IMG/VR virus record: IMGVR_UViG_3300045988_064400
Span: 1-46,872 of that record
DNA: 46,872 bases
Source of the DNA: a virus
Reading direction: 5' to 3' (one strand)
Part shown: positions 14,413 through 24,398 of the stretch, piece after piece
Layout of the letters: each line of letters starts with the position of its first letter
Position numbering within the stretch: the stretch's first letter is position 1
Position numbers and translations under genes: made by a program
Notes under the pieces: generated by a model
Database searches by the model: none
Told to the model about the DNA's origin: nothing
The model's input: the letters and a program-made list of their open reading frames with translations, nothing else

Positions 14413-16598
14413 TACAGATTCTCCTCTCCTACATTATATTCTACTTTAGCTCCATATTTATCTAACACGACTATTTTCTTCACGATAGGTTGTCGTGCTG
14501 TTATCTCTAATTTATTATCAACACCTTCCACTATATCACCTATATCATATTCTTGTGTTGCTGATATGGAAATGTTTAATTCATCATCTGAATATATTTC
14601 ATTCAATTTTTCAATTCCTTGCTCTACAAGATTCTTATAATGGTCGATAACTTTATTATAATACATTCCTGAAGAAAAAACAATAGGAACGATATTTTCT
14701 CGTTCTTCATAAAATTCATTTTCCTTGAAATCTACAACTGTCTTTACCTCTCTAGAATAAAACTTTCCAGGAGTAAATTCTGGCGGTTGTAATATTGATA
14801 TTTTGACGAATGTATTATTTTTTTGAAATGCCGGAGCAATAGTCTTTTGTATTTTTTTGAAATACTTTTGAGTCTTATCCCAAGCAGGTGCTTTACTTTT
14901 TTGCACAGGTGAATAAAATTTATTTTTTTGCCATTTTGGAACAATAGCCCCAGCAAGCCAAGGATTATAATATCTTGGAATATCCTCTATTTTTGTATAC
15001 TTGCCGTTTTTCAGTACATAATAGCTAAAGAAATTAGTGCCCCAGTCGTTTGGTTTATTTTTTTGCAAAGCGTAACCATTATAAGTAACCGAAGAGCATT
15101 GTTGATAATCAGTTGTCACACCATCAGTTATAAGCATATAATAAAGAGAATAGTCTCTTCCCCATGTCTTAGGTTTATTTTTTACTCGACTATATTCTGT
15201 GCTTGTCGCTTGTGAATAAGTAGCGTAAGTTATTGGATTTGTGGTTTTCCTAAAATAATATTTGGTGTAGTCTTTTGACCATGTGGATGGTTTTTTGTCA
15301 ATTTGTGCATAAGTTTCTTTTGATTGTGAACTAGCTTGTTCATAACTTATTTTTTTGACATAAAGCTGAGAGTCCCAATATGGGTTATCGTGTGAATATG
15401 CACCCAATGGGATATAATCAGTTCCATCGGTATAATAGTAATCTGTTCTATCTTTATCTACATCACTAGAAGCAACTTCTGTGTAGTTTATTTTCTGCAC
15501 ATAATATTGAGAATATATCAAGTCCCAGTTTGTAGGTTTGGATGATAACACGGTGTAAACTGACCAGTCTTTATCCGATGCTGAGATAAACTCCCCATCA
15601 CTATTTATGACGAAATAATTTTGCCAAGTTGATTCCCATTCGTTTGGTTTAGTTTGCAATGCAAAGTAATTAGTTTGTGTCGATTTTTCTATTTCTTTAT
15701 AGGATATTTCACCTGTATCAGATATTTCTTGCGTGTAATAATCATAATAATTATCTGCCCAATTCAATGGTATTTCGGTTAATAATATATAATTTTCAAC
15801 TGAAGATATTGAATCGACTTTCAATAATCTACAATACTCTTCGTCATTTTCAAAAATTTTATTTGTTTCATCTAAGATATAGTCACTATCCTGCATAGGT
15901 GTATTTGTGATGGCATACGGTTGTAATATACCGTCTGTGTCAATAAATAAATGGATGCAGTAATTATTCAGTAAATCATCCGAGCCTACACATATCAGAT
16001 GATTAACTGAATTATATATTTTTGCAGCAGTAAAAGATATTTGTGAATCATCAAATTCTTCATCAGTCGAATAATCAACAATATTTTCCGCCCATAATAA
16101 TATCTTTGAACCACTGAACTTGAATTTTAATTTTGCAGAAAAACTAGATAGCATTTTTCGTAATCCGTCATATAAATAGTCATATCCAAATTCGTAATAT
16201 GGAATATATATAGCATCTTCGATTGTTCCATTTATCAATACGATATTTGACAGTTTGCACCTATCAACCAGTTCCTTTATTATTTCATTAGCATATCCTT
16301 CAACCGCAAGATACCCTGTTGCAGTATCAGGAATTATTATTTTCGAGTTTAAGATACCAGTTATTGTTCTACCAGTGTATGTTATATTGTCACTGGATGT
16401 ATCATCTTTTACTGCATCTATTATACCTCCATATTCCGTATTATCAACGTAGATAAAAGAACCGTTTTCTAACTCATCATTTGAAAAAAATTTTTGCAAC
16501 TCAAAATTATTTTCATCATTTCCGTATGCCATATCTAAAGAAAAGTCCTGTATGATGCCCATATCTTCTTTATTCTTGTTGGTGTATATCAAGTCCAT
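14412..16598 (-). CDS. Tail-associated (Tal-position) structural protein with six KPxxW...YY repeats
   Basis: 728 aa, downstream of Dit. The motif Y-x5-KP-x2-W-x6-YY recurs at about residues 270-530. Confidence 0.6.
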   Translation of the reverse strand: MDLIYTNKNKEDMGIIQDFSLDMAYGNDENNFELQKFFSNDELENGSFIYVDNTEYGGIIDAVKDDTSSDNITYTGRTITGILNSKIIIPDTATGYLAVEGYANEIIKELVDRCKLSNIVLINGTIEDAIYIPYYEFGYDYLYDGLRKMLSSFSAKLKFKFSGSKILLWAENIVDYSTDEEFDDSQISFTAAKIYNSVNHLICVGSDDLLNNYCIHLFIDTDGILQPYAITNTPMQDSDYILDETNKIFENDEEYCRLLKVDSISSVENYILLTEIPLNWADNYYDYYTQEISDTGEISYKEIEKSTQTNYFALQTKPNEWESTWQNYFVINSDGEFISASDKDWSVYTVLSSKPTNWDLIYSQYYVQKINYTEVASSDVDKDRTDYYYTDGTDYIPLGAYSHDNPYWDSQLYVKKISYEQASSQSKETYAQIDKKPSTWSKDYTKYYFRKTTNPITYATYSQATSTEYSRVKNKPKTWGRDYSLYYMLITDGVTTDYQQCSSVTYNGYALQKNKPNDWGTNFFSYYVLKNGKYTKIEDIPRYYNPWLAGAIVPKWQKNKFYSPVQKSKAPAWDKTQKYFKKIQKTIAPAFQKNNTFVKISILQPPEFTPGKFYSREVKTVVDFKENEFYEERENIVPIVFSSGMYYNKVIDHYKNLVEQGIEKLNEIYSDDELNISISATQEYDIGDIVEGVDNKLEITARQPIVKKIVVLDKYGAKVEYNVGEENL

Positions 16599-17428
16599 TT
16601 TGGTTCACTCCTTTCTAGGTGGGCTGTGATTGATGTTACTTGTCCGTCTGGAACATCAACATAATTTAGTCCATCTGTTGGTTGTATTTTTTCGAAAATA
16701 TAATTATTCCTGTCTCTCAAATTAAACTCATTTTCTCTTTTTCCATCGTTTTTTGTTTTATAAATTTTCTTATTCAAGCTATCAATAGTTAAATATTCAT
16801 TTTCTAATAAGGTAGTATAAACCCTATATATATTATCACCTATCTGTACGTATGGCGTAGTGCATGGTCCGGAAAAGATTATAGTAAAATCAAATGGCAC
16901 AAACGCATCAGTTTTTAATAAATTGTTTGCAGAAGATTGTGAAAAATCAAAAGGAAAATCGTATGAATAGTCTAAACCTTCGGATGATTGTTTTTCAGTA
17001 GATGACACACCAAAAACCCTAGTGACATCTTTCAACCACTCACCTTTCTCAGATAATATAGTATACTCATTGACTATCTTTTTTGCAGATGGGTGCCAAG
17101 CAGAAATTTTTTTTGAAAAAATATAGCAAGGTAATCTATATTCGTTATTTACTATCAAAAACCCATTAACTGCCGCTATAATATCTTTCTCTGTTATTTC
17201 AAATAATTTGTTGCACAATTTATTATACTCATCTTTTGTCTTTCCAATTATAGATATTTTTATATTTTTTTCCACCATGCTTTTATAGAATCTGGATACC
17301 GTTGGATTAAATTCATTTTTTGTTTGATAATCCCATGAATAATTCAATAAGTCTGTGTCCCGAAGCATTAAAACATCGGAACACAAATCTATAGATTCTC
17401 CAAAATGATTGACATACTTTACATTCAT
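16589..17428 (-). CDS. Distal tail protein (Dit-position)
   Basis: 279 aa, immediately after the tape measure gene. The call rests on synteny. Confidence 0.55.
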   Translation of the reverse strand: MNVKYVNHFGESIDLCSDVLMLRDTDLLNYSWDYQTKNEFNPTVSRFYKSMVEKNIKISIIGKTKDEYNKLCNKLFEITEKDIIAAVNGFLIVNNEYRLPCYIFSKKISAWHPSAKKIVNEYTILSEKGEWLKDVTRVFGVSSTEKQSSEGLDYSYDFPFDFSQSSANNLLKTDAFVPFDFTIIFSGPCTTPYVQIGDNIYRVYTTLLENEYLTIDSLNKKIYKTKNDGKRENEFNLRDRNNYIFEKIQPTDGLNYVDVPDGQVTSITAHLERSEPKWT

Positions 17429-19510
17429 CTATATCACCTCTCTCACTATTCTTCCGAACTGGCGCTGTCCAATTTGAACAGTTAGTCCGGATTTCTGCAA
17501 AGAATAAATCATTGCATCACCAATTTTAGAATAATCTACTGTTGACGAATGAATAACGCCATCAACTTTTGATGTTATTCTTGTATTCATTCCATCAATG
17601 GTTCCTTGTAATGATTTCTGAATATTTTTCATTGGATTTTCATCATCAAATCCTTCCCATATACCTTTAGCAAGAAAGACACCAATCTCATCATGCATAA
17701 GTTTTGATGGCGAATGTATACCAAAGAAAGATTTTAATTTATTTAGAACGTCTTTTCCAAAACCTTCTATCTTATTTTTTATCCATGAAGCCATATCATT
17801 TATACCATTCCATAAGCCTTCAACTAAATTCTTTCCAACATTTTTTATTCCAATCAATTTATCAGTAATTGTATTCATCAATGTTTCTCCAATTTTCATT
17901 CCAATGGAAACAAGCTTGAATGTATTCTTAAGTATTCCTGATGCAAGATCTTTTATTATGCTTACACCAACACTTATAAGTCCGGATGCTAATTTTATTA
18001 AACCTTTTACAATTGCGGCTATTATCTTTGGCAAAGATTTTATCAGCGTTGGTATATTTTTAACAAGTCCATCAGAAAGTGACTTAATAAGTTTATACGC
18101 TGAAAGTATAAGTTTTGGAGCATTGTTTGCTATGCCGTTTACTATTTTCTTAACAAGTCCTGGAAGTGCGGAAATCAACATAGGCAATGATTTCAAAATG
18201 CCATCTTTTAATGCGTTTAGTAATTTCATGCCAGTATCTATGATTACTGGAAGATTATCCATAATGACATCAATAGCTGTGGATAATCCTTGTACCAGAA
18301 AAGTTAAAAGTGCTGGCAAACCATTTCTTAATGCATTTATTAACAGAGATAAAATAACTGATAACTGAGATGTTATCAACGGAGCTTGCTCCCCGATAAA
18401 GGATATAATTTGCTCTACATAAGTCTTTATATTATCAAGCAATGTAGGTCCATAGCTTTGCAAAGAAGTAGCAACAATGTTAAATAGCGATAATATACTA
18501 TTTATAAGTCCAGGTCCAACAGAATTTATAAGCTCGGGCAAATATCCTAATAGTTGTGGGAGAAGTGCGTTTATTAAATTTCCAACCCCTGTCAACGCTA
18601 TTTGTACTCTAGGAAGCAAGTTGTTTAATGCGTTCACTGCTGAATCAACAAACTGGTCAACTAATTCTTCAAAATTTGCATCATCACGTGACATACCAGT
18701 AAGCAGATTAGTCCAGGCAGATTTTGCAGCATTAACAGAACCTTCTATCGTGGAAGATGCTTCTTTTGCAGAAGTTCCTGTTATTCCAAGATTTGTTTGC
18801 ACTTTATGAATAGCCTCAATCATTTTATCAAAAGTGACAACTTTATCAAAATTAGCTCCTTTACCCTTAGCAACAACTAATGTATCACCAAGAACTCCAG
18901 AATCATTTATAAGCCTTGCCATTTCTGATTTTGTTCCACCATACCCAAGCTTTAAGTTGTCCAACATGGTGAAGTTGTCTTTTGCAAAACCTTGATAAGC
19001 ATTTTGTATCAGCTCCATGTCAGTTCCCATTTTATTAGCATTATCAGACATATCAATTATTGCTTTATTTGATATTTTAGCTGCCTTTTCTGTATCCCCT
19101 CCAAGTCCTTGTAAAAGTGATGCACTAAATGATGTTGTTAATTCCATATAATCATTGGCAGAAATTTGTGCCGTCTTATAAGCTTCGTCTGCGTATTTTT
19201 GAACCTGCTTGCTAGATTTTTTGAAAAGGGTATCTATACCTCCAGCAAGCTGTTCATATGACGCATAAGCTGATACTGATTTGCTCACGACACCACCAAT
19301 GGCAGCGGCTGCCGCTCCTGCAGAAACAGCTGTTGCTTTAAGCGTTGCCGCAGTTGCTTTACCTGCAACTCCTAAAGAACCGCTGAGGGCATTACCGATC
19401 TTATTTAATTTGCCTGACGAAGTGTCTACCTTTTTTTCTGCTTCTTTTAATCCTTGCTCTATTCCAGAACTATCAAGCTCTGTGTCAATTACAACTTTTC
19501 CATCTGCCAT
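17429..19510 (-). CDS. Tail tape measure protein
   Basis: 693 aa, the longest helical/low-complexity ORF, with Ala/Gly-rich TM-like stretches. It follows the chaperone pair. Confidence 0.8.
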   Translation of the reverse strand: MADGKVVIDTELDSSGIEQGLKEAEKKVDTSSGKLNKIGNALSGSLGVAGKATAATLKATAVSAGAAAAAIGGVVSKSVSAYASYEQLAGGIDTLFKKSSKQVQKYADEAYKTAQISANDYMELTTSFSASLLQGLGGDTEKAAKISNKAIIDMSDNANKMGTDMELIQNAYQGFAKDNFTMLDNLKLGYGGTKSEMARLINDSGVLGDTLVVAKGKGANFDKVVTFDKMIEAIHKVQTNLGITGTSAKEASSTIEGSVNAAKSAWTNLLTGMSRDDANFEELVDQFVDSAVNALNNLLPRVQIALTGVGNLINALLPQLLGYLPELINSVGPGLINSILSLFNIVATSLQSYGPTLLDNIKTYVEQIISFIGEQAPLITSQLSVILSLLINALRNGLPALLTFLVQGLSTAIDVIMDNLPVIIDTGMKLLNALKDGILKSLPMLISALPGLVKKIVNGIANNAPKLILSAYKLIKSLSDGLVKNIPTLIKSLPKIIAAIVKGLIKLASGLISVGVSIIKDLASGILKNTFKLVSIGMKIGETLMNTITDKLIGIKNVGKNLVEGLWNGINDMASWIKNKIEGFGKDVLNKLKSFFGIHSPSKLMHDEIGVFLAKGIWEGFDDENPMKNIQKSLQGTIDGMNTRITSKVDGVIHSSTVDYSKIGDAMIYSLQKSGLTVQIGQRQFGRIVREVI

Positions 19511-19533
19511 TTAATATTCCACCACCAATCATT

Positions 19534-20094
19534 TTAAGAATTATAAAATTCATCGTTTATTTCTTCCATTATACTTTCGTCAACTTTGTTCGTCTTAGTA
19601 GGCAATGCCCATTCATTTTTTTGTTGTTTGCAAATATCATCATATTGTTGTGAATCTTTATGCCAAGCCCTCATTTGCATTATTTGCTTTATTTTTGTGT
19701 CATCTGGTAGCGATAAAAATAAAGCTTTGAATAAATGCCAATGCATATCACATACCGTTAAATCTATACCGTATGCGGACATAAAGGAACCAACAATATA
19801 TTCTCCGTCTAAAACGTAGTCTATAACTACATCCCCATGTGACGTATTACCCTTTGGTGTAGCGTTTGGATTTGAATAGAAATTTAGTAATTCTACAAAT
19901 ACATTATCAGGCAGATGAAACGCTTCCAGCAAGGTCATGTCCTTAAACACAAACAAACAGTCTAATATCGAATTTCTTCGATCTTTTATAACCTCTCCAA
20001 ATTTTATCCATGTTCTGAAGTCTGTGTCTAATAAAAAAGACTCACCATCTACCTCAATGGTTTCTGGCAAGCCCTTATTTCGTAAATCAATCAT
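19534..20094 (-). CDS. Gp15-like tail assembly protein
   Basis: 186 aa. 'LPETIEVDGESFLLDTDFRTWIKF' resembles the Bacteriophage Gp15 family, from memory. It sits between the chaperone and the tape measure gene. Confidence 0.55.
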   Translation of the reverse strand: MIDLRNKGLPETIEVDGESFLLDTDFRTWIKFGEVIKDRRNSILDCLFVFKDMTLLEAFHLPDNVFVELLNFYSNPNATPKGNTSHGDVVIDYVLDGEYIVGSFMSAYGIDLTVCDMHWHLFKALFLSLPDDTKIKQIMQMRAWHKDSQQYDDICKQQKNEWALPTKTNKVDESIMEEINDEFYNS

Positions 20095-20095
20095 A

Positions 20096-20470
20096 TTATA
20101 CTTTTATCCTGGATGCTTTATCCAAAGCTTCAACAAGATTGACTATCTTATCCACCTGATATTTATCCAAGTCAATCGTTGCATTTTCTTCGTTATATTC
20201 TTCAAGCGGTTTAGCGTAAGCACGAACTACCATAAGATAGAATATGTTTATGGTATTCGGGTCACTTTCGGTAAATTTACCAACCAGATTTGTAATTGCA
20301 TCTTCTCCAAGCAATTTACTTAAAAGGTCATACATTGATTTGCATTTGTCCTTGAATTTTGCGTTGCCAGAATTTATGACCTCCTGTTTTTCAATCATGT
20401 CTGCAATAGCAAACGTATATTGTGGTAAGTCATACTCCTGTCCCGCATAACTGATATAATAATTAGCCAT
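20096..20470 (-). CDS. Tail assembly chaperone
   Basis: 124-aa acidic ORF between the major tail protein and the tape measure gene. The call rests on synteny. Confidence 0.55.
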   Translation of the reverse strand: MANYYISYAGQEYDLPQYTFAIADMIEKQEVINSGNAKFKDKCKSMYDLLSKLLGEDAITNLVGKFTESDPNTINIFYLMVVRAYAKPLEEYNEENATIDLDKYQVDKIVNLVEALDKASRIKV

Positions 20471-20495
20471 AATTTACCTCCTTTAATTATGGATT

Positions 20496-20978
20496 TTAGA
20501 CTTCTGCTTGAAATGTCGGCGAACCGGCTTCTATCGTATAAGTTCCTTTTTCGATATCTCCGCCCATCTTAAGGGAGAATGTTATTTTACCATCTACAGT
20601 GTTAAGAACTTTAGATGTTAATGTTGCAATACATCTCCAAGCTTTCTTTCCTGTTCCACCAAAACACAAAAGCAGAGGAACTTGTGTATCAGCCCCAGTT
20701 GGTAAATTATACAATTCTCCTATGAGGAAATCATATATTGGGTTTCCTTCATAGCAAGCAATTTCCTGTGGAAGTTCCGGTTTATTTGAGTTGATTTCTG
20801 TAACTGCATTTTCGTAGCAGATATAATCCATATCCTCTTCCTGCTCACCGACAGTTAACTCAAAAATCGTAGAATAATCAATTCTTTTCCAAACTGAAGC
20901 GGCAAAGGTGGAATCTTTTTGCACGTCTAAAAATGGAATAAACTGATTTCTTGTCAATTTCTTCATTGCTTCTGGCAT
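20496..20978 (-). CDS. Major tail (tube) protein
   Basis: 160 aa, in the canonical position after the tail-completion gene. A paralog lies at 29404..30108. Confidence 0.65.
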   Translation of the reverse strand: MPEAMKKLTRNQFIPFLDVQKDSTFAASVWKRIDYSTIFELTVGEQEEDMDYICYENAVTEINSNKPELPQEIACYEGNPIYDFLIGELYNLPTGADTQVPLLLCFGGTGKKAWRCIATLTSKVLNTVDGKITFSLKMGGDIEKGTYTIEAGSPTFQAEV

Positions 20979-21427
20979 TATATTTCACTCCTTTTCTTTT
21001 CTAAATATTCTATATAAAATTGACCTTCATATCTTGCGATTGATGGATTATCTTGAGTTATATATACTTCAGGTGCTTTATATGTGGCACCTATTTCATT
21101 CACAACATAATTATCCCCTAAATCTGGATACTCATTGTTGTTGTTTTTTGTTTCGATAAATTCAATAACCTTATCAAATTCTGCAATAGCATCTAAGTTC
21201 AAATCACTTGTTCCGCCATTATCATATTCTCTTACTAGATTGATATTAAACATCAATCTAACTTCTTTTGCACCGTCCATGTATTCATTAAGGACAATAC
21301 TACTTGAATTGGAATTAACGGAAGAGGAACCTGCGTCAATAGGTATAACATTGAAGTAAGAATAACCACCCATTTCAGGACAATCTAATAACCATTGTGA
21401 AATTTTATCGTATATATTCACTTTCAT
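20978..21427 (-). CDS. Tail completion / tail terminator protein
   Basis: 149 aa. Synteny: directly upstream of the major tail gene. Confidence 0.5.
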   Translation of the reverse strand: MKVNIYDKISQWLLDCPEMGGYSYFNVIPIDAGSSSVNSNSSSIVLNEYMDGAKEVRLMFNINLVREYDNGGTSDLNLDAIAEFDKVIEFIETKNNNNEYPDLGDNYVVNEIGATYKAPEVYITQDNPSIARYEGQFYIEYLEKKRSEI

Positions 21428-21432
21428 TTTGA

Positions 21433-21780
21433 TTATCCCTTCCTTTTGATATATTCTGTGATTGCTCTTGCAACTACATCTTTCTTATCCCTAAATGCTG
21501 CTTCTTCCCAATGGCTTTGTGCAAGAAAGTTCTTTTCTTTGCTATAGTTCAAAGGATTTCCCTTGTCACTAATACCTTCCCATTGATAATGTGAATATAC
21601 TTGTTCATACGTCACTTTCCAAGGCTCTGTGGCATAAGATTGACTTAATGTTCCAGTGTCTTTTGGTGTATATTTTTCGAAAATCTTTGCCCATGTTTCT
21701 GCAGTAAATCTTCCAATATCATCATTTAATATACGATTAACGATTTTTATTGAAGGATTAATTTCCACCTTAACACTCAC
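21433..21780 (-). CDS. Head-tail joining protein (HK97 gp10-like position)
   Basis: 115 aa. The call rests on synteny within the connector block. Confidence 0.5.
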   Translation of the reverse strand: MSVKVEINPSIKIVNRILNDDIGRFTAETWAKIFEKYTPKDTGTLSQSYATEPWKVTYEQVYSHYQWEGISDKGNPLNYSKEKNFLAQSHWEEAAFRDKKDVVARAITEYIKRKG

Positions 21781-22187
21781 TATACACCACCTACCCGAAA
21801 TTCGAATTGAACGGACAATTTTTTATCCACTTGCTCAATACTTCGTATTTCACAAGTATTTGGTTCATAATCGTTCTTTACTTGTATTATATTCTGTGCA
21901 GTGACATCTTCTTCCACTATATCAAGTATAATTACATCCTGATTGGATAAAGTATAATAACCTGTCTTATCTTCTAATGCTTTCCACTCTTTATAGGGAA
22001 GATATTTATCCGTGAACGGTATGAGTATAGTGAATTGTTGACCCATTGAGACAACTGTTCCACTGATATTGGAAATTCTGTCTTTTTTATAAACACAATT
22101 CTCTATAACTGATTTATACCAAACATCAGTATTGGTTACAGAATCTTTTCTTTTAAGTCGATTGAGAAGGGTTATTGTACCTTGCAC
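21780..22187 (-). CDS. Head closure / head-tail adaptor protein
   Basis: 135 aa. GTG start preceded by gggaggtg. The call rests on synteny. Confidence 0.5.
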   Translation of the reverse strand: MQGTITLLNRLKRKDSVTNTDVWYKSVIENCVYKKDRISNISGTVVSMGQQFTILIPFTDKYLPYKEWKALEDKTGYYTLSNQDVIILDIVEEDVTAQNIIQVKNDYEPNTCEIRSIEQVDKKLSVQFEFRVGGV

Positions 22188-22578
22188 GATTCACCCACCT
22201 CCCTCGATAGAATAATTCCGGATATTTTGGATACAAGTATTCCATCATAATATCTTTGAATCTTTCAGTTAGGCTTGCGTCTAAACTCTTTTCAGATGCA
22301 TTACCATAACCGAAAGATTCAATTCCATTGCTATAAGATGTGGTGTTATCATCTCGTTCCATCTTAGAATTATTCTCTATATTGACTAACTTAACCTCCA
22401 ACATCTGAACCTCTTTTGGTACTGTTCCAAGCTCTTCAATCAGCTTAGCTAATCTTCCGCTTGTGATATAGTCCATTTTAGATTCAGTGTCAAACTGCAA
22501 AGTAAGAAATGCATCTTGTGTGCACTTCCCACCTAACGCTTGATATTCCTCAAATGTTAAATAACTCACAAGATGCAT
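22153..22578 (-). CDS. Head-tail connector (gp6-like position)
   Basis: 141 aa. It is the first connector ORF after the capsid block. Confidence 0.5.
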   Translation of the reverse strand: MHLVSYLTFEEYQALGGKCTQDAFLTLQFDTESKMDYITSGRLAKLIEELGTVPKEVQMLEVKLVNIENNSKMERDDNTTSYSNGIESFGYGNASEKSLDASLTERFKDIMMEYLYPKYPELFYRGRWVNRARYNNPSQST

Positions 22579-22587
22579 CTCCTTTCT

Positions 22588-22740
22588 TTACTCAGCTTCT
22601 GAGGCGGAGGCAACCTTAGTTGCTGACTTTTTTGTTTGCTTTTTTGTCACCTCTTCTCCGCCCATCATGTTTATATACGAATCAATGACTTCGGGATTTT
22701 CTGTGACTAAAACTGCACCATCGGGCATCTTAATCTCCAT
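22588..22740 (-). CDS. Small 50-aa protein between capsid and connector genes, not in the track
   Basis: My translation is MEIKMPDGAVLVTENPEVIDSYINMMGGEEVTKKQTKKSATKVASASEAE. Strong RBS ataaggagg upstream of the ATG at 22740. Confidence 0.55.
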   Translation of the reverse strand: MEIKMPDGAVLVTENPEVIDSYINMMGGEEVTKKQTKKSATKVASASEAE

Positions 22741-22760
22741 TATAGATCCTCCTTATCCGA

Positions 22761-23636
22761 TTAGACTTCTGCGTGTGTTCCGTCATACCAGAAAATGGTA
22801 TCAGGAGTTACTGCTTTTGTTCCATAATAGAAGAACATTTCTACTGCTACAGCTTCACTCAACGGAATACGTTCAGCGGAATATGGTTTGGATGTGATTG
22901 GCTGTGCAATGGACTCATCCATCATAATCTCAAACTTAACTCCGGATGGCAGTCTGTTTGAATTATAGCATTTAACTCCATGATACATATTGAACTCTTC
23001 TGATGTTGTATCTACATTAGTATTCACTACTGTATCAAGATACATTCTCATTGCCGAGTAAGTATCCGGGTCAAAAGTGATAGAAAGCATTGAACGGTCT
23101 AATCCGTCAATGTAGTTATTCTTCAACTTCTCAAGCTGTAGAATTGCGGATTCAACAATATCCTTAATATCTGTAACAGCTTTTGCCGGTTTGAACTGTG
23201 TTCCTGAATTTTTACCTTCTGCAAAGAATTCGGTATCAAGTTCTGCTACCATTCGTTGTGCATGATTTGCGGAACGCTTAGCCACCAATCCGTCTACGCC
23301 AAGCAAGCGGATATCTTTCTCTTCAATCTCCTCTACAAACTCTCTGTCCACGTTAATAGGCACGGTAACGGTCTTTCCTTTTACTGCCGTTCCTTTAGCC
23401 GCTGTACGAGCAGTTCCATAAGGCTGTGAACTTGCATTCACAAATCGTTTAGCTTCTACTGTGCCGGCTGTTGGATCACCACTCAAATCTGTGTTCTTGA
23501 TTTTAAATGATACTGTGCCTTTCTGGACGTTCTCAATAACGCCATCATATGCTTCTTTCAAGAGCATCTTTCCGGATTCACTACCGTCAAGCAATACGTT
23601 CAAAGAATCAAGTCTTGTTGTTTCTGGTCTTGCCAT
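22761..23636 (-). CDS. Major capsid protein
   Basis: 291 aa, directly after the scaffold gene, RBS aaaggagag. Typical size and position. Confidence 0.75.
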   Translation of the reverse strand: MARPETTRLDSLNVLLDGSESGKMLLKEAYDGVIENVQKGTVSFKIKNTDLSGDPTAGTVEAKRFVNASSQPYGTARTAAKGTAVKGKTVTVPINVDREFVEEIEEKDIRLLGVDGLVAKRSANHAQRMVAELDTEFFAEGKNSGTQFKPAKAVTDIKDIVESAILQLEKLKNNYIDGLDRSMLSITFDPDTYSAMRMYLDTVVNTNVDTTSEEFNMYHGVKCYNSNRLPSGVKFEIMMDESIAQPITSKPYSAERIPLSEAVAVEMFFYYGTKAVTPDTIFWYDGTHAEV

Positions 23637-23653
23637 TTTTTAATCTCTCCTTT

Positions 23654-24295
23654 TTACCAAAATGTCACCGAAGGCTTCTCTGGATCACCTTTCGGCTGTG
23701 TTTCTGTTCCAGAGGATTTTCCACTAAACTGCGGTTTAGGTGGTTCATCCTCACCAGAATTTTCTGTATCCTCTTTTAGGAATGCATCAGCATCCGTCTT
23801 CTTATAAGATTCCAGGAAGTCGTCAAATCCTTGCAACTGCCCATCTTTCATTTTCATTTCTTCTTTCAAGGCATCTGCTATAAAAGCTTTCTTTGCTGAA
23901 TTAGAAGAAAATTTCAACTCTGCAACTTTTTCTTTGATTGCAAATTCATAAGCCTGATTACTCAATTGCTTCTCGTAATTGGACTTTTCTGTGTTGTAGG
24001 TGTCCTGCAATTCTGAAAGTTCTTTCTGCAAGTCAGCTAACTTCGTAGTATCTGTCCCTGCGTCTTTCAACTTTCCCTGAAGGTCTTTAATATCAGCATC
24101 TCTTTGCTCGATGTCTGTGTCATACTTAGTCTTATAAGCATCTCGCTCACCTTCAGCCTTTTCCAACTTGTTTTGGATTTTAACTACCTCTGATATAGTC
24201 TTATAATTTTCATTTAAGGCTTTATCAAAGTCTTCCTTCTTATCTTCCGGAACTGTAAGTTCGAAAGATTTAAGAATCTCATAGATATTCTTCAT
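23654..24295 (-). CDS. Scaffolding protein (GP20-like coiled coil)
   Basis: 213 aa, highly charged K/E/D coiled coil, upstream of the capsid gene. Confidence 0.7.
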   Translation of the reverse strand: MKNIYEILKSFELTVPEDKKEDFDKALNENYKTISEVVKIQNKLEKAEGERDAYKTKYDTDIEQRDADIKDLQGKLKDAGTDTTKLADLQKELSELQDTYNTEKSNYEKQLSNQAYEFAIKEKVAELKFSSNSAKKAFIADALKEEMKMKDGQLQGFDDFLESYKKTDADAFLKEDTENSGEDEPPKPQFSGKSSGTETQPKGDPEKPSVTFW

Positions 24296-24369
24296 GTTTT
24301 TGCACTCCTTTATAATCTAAAATGATGTTTTTAACCCGCTTTCCGGGTTTTGGATTATCTACATTTTTT

Positions 24370-24398
24370 ATTATACACAACTTATCAACATTTGTAAA
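24370..24398 (-). promoter_or_regulatory. Promoter TTTACA-N17-TATAAT reading into the scaffold/capsid genes, embedded in the DnaA-box cluster
   Basis: The reverse complement of 24370-24398 reads tttaca-aatgttgataagttgtg-tataat. The -10 and the spacer overlap two DnaA-box-like 9-mers. Confidence 0.55.

Noticed and set aside
17904-18368. Plus-strand ORFs in the six-frame track (for example 1794-2006, 9614-9844, 17904-18368, 19937-20323, 26349-26684, 45815-46192).
   Set aside because: Each lies antisense inside a longer minus-strand ORF that has recognisable motifs or an operon context. Their translations are F/L/S/I-rich low complexity, as expected for antisense AT-rich coding DNA. None has a convincing RBS.
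19534-20470. Programmed -1 frameshift between the tail chaperone ORFs, as in lambda G/GT.
   Set aside because: There is no slippery sequence at the 3' end of 20096-20470. The downstream ORF has its own ATG one nucleotide after the stop and looks like an independent Gp15-family protein.
24333-24349. GC hairpin aacccg-ctttc-cgggtt between the DnaA-box promoter and the scaffold RBS, considered as a terminator.
   Set aside because: On the transcribed (minus) strand it is followed by AAAAAC, not a U-run. The T-run is on the non-coding plus strand only. It is more likely a 5'-UTR stabilising or processing hairpin.
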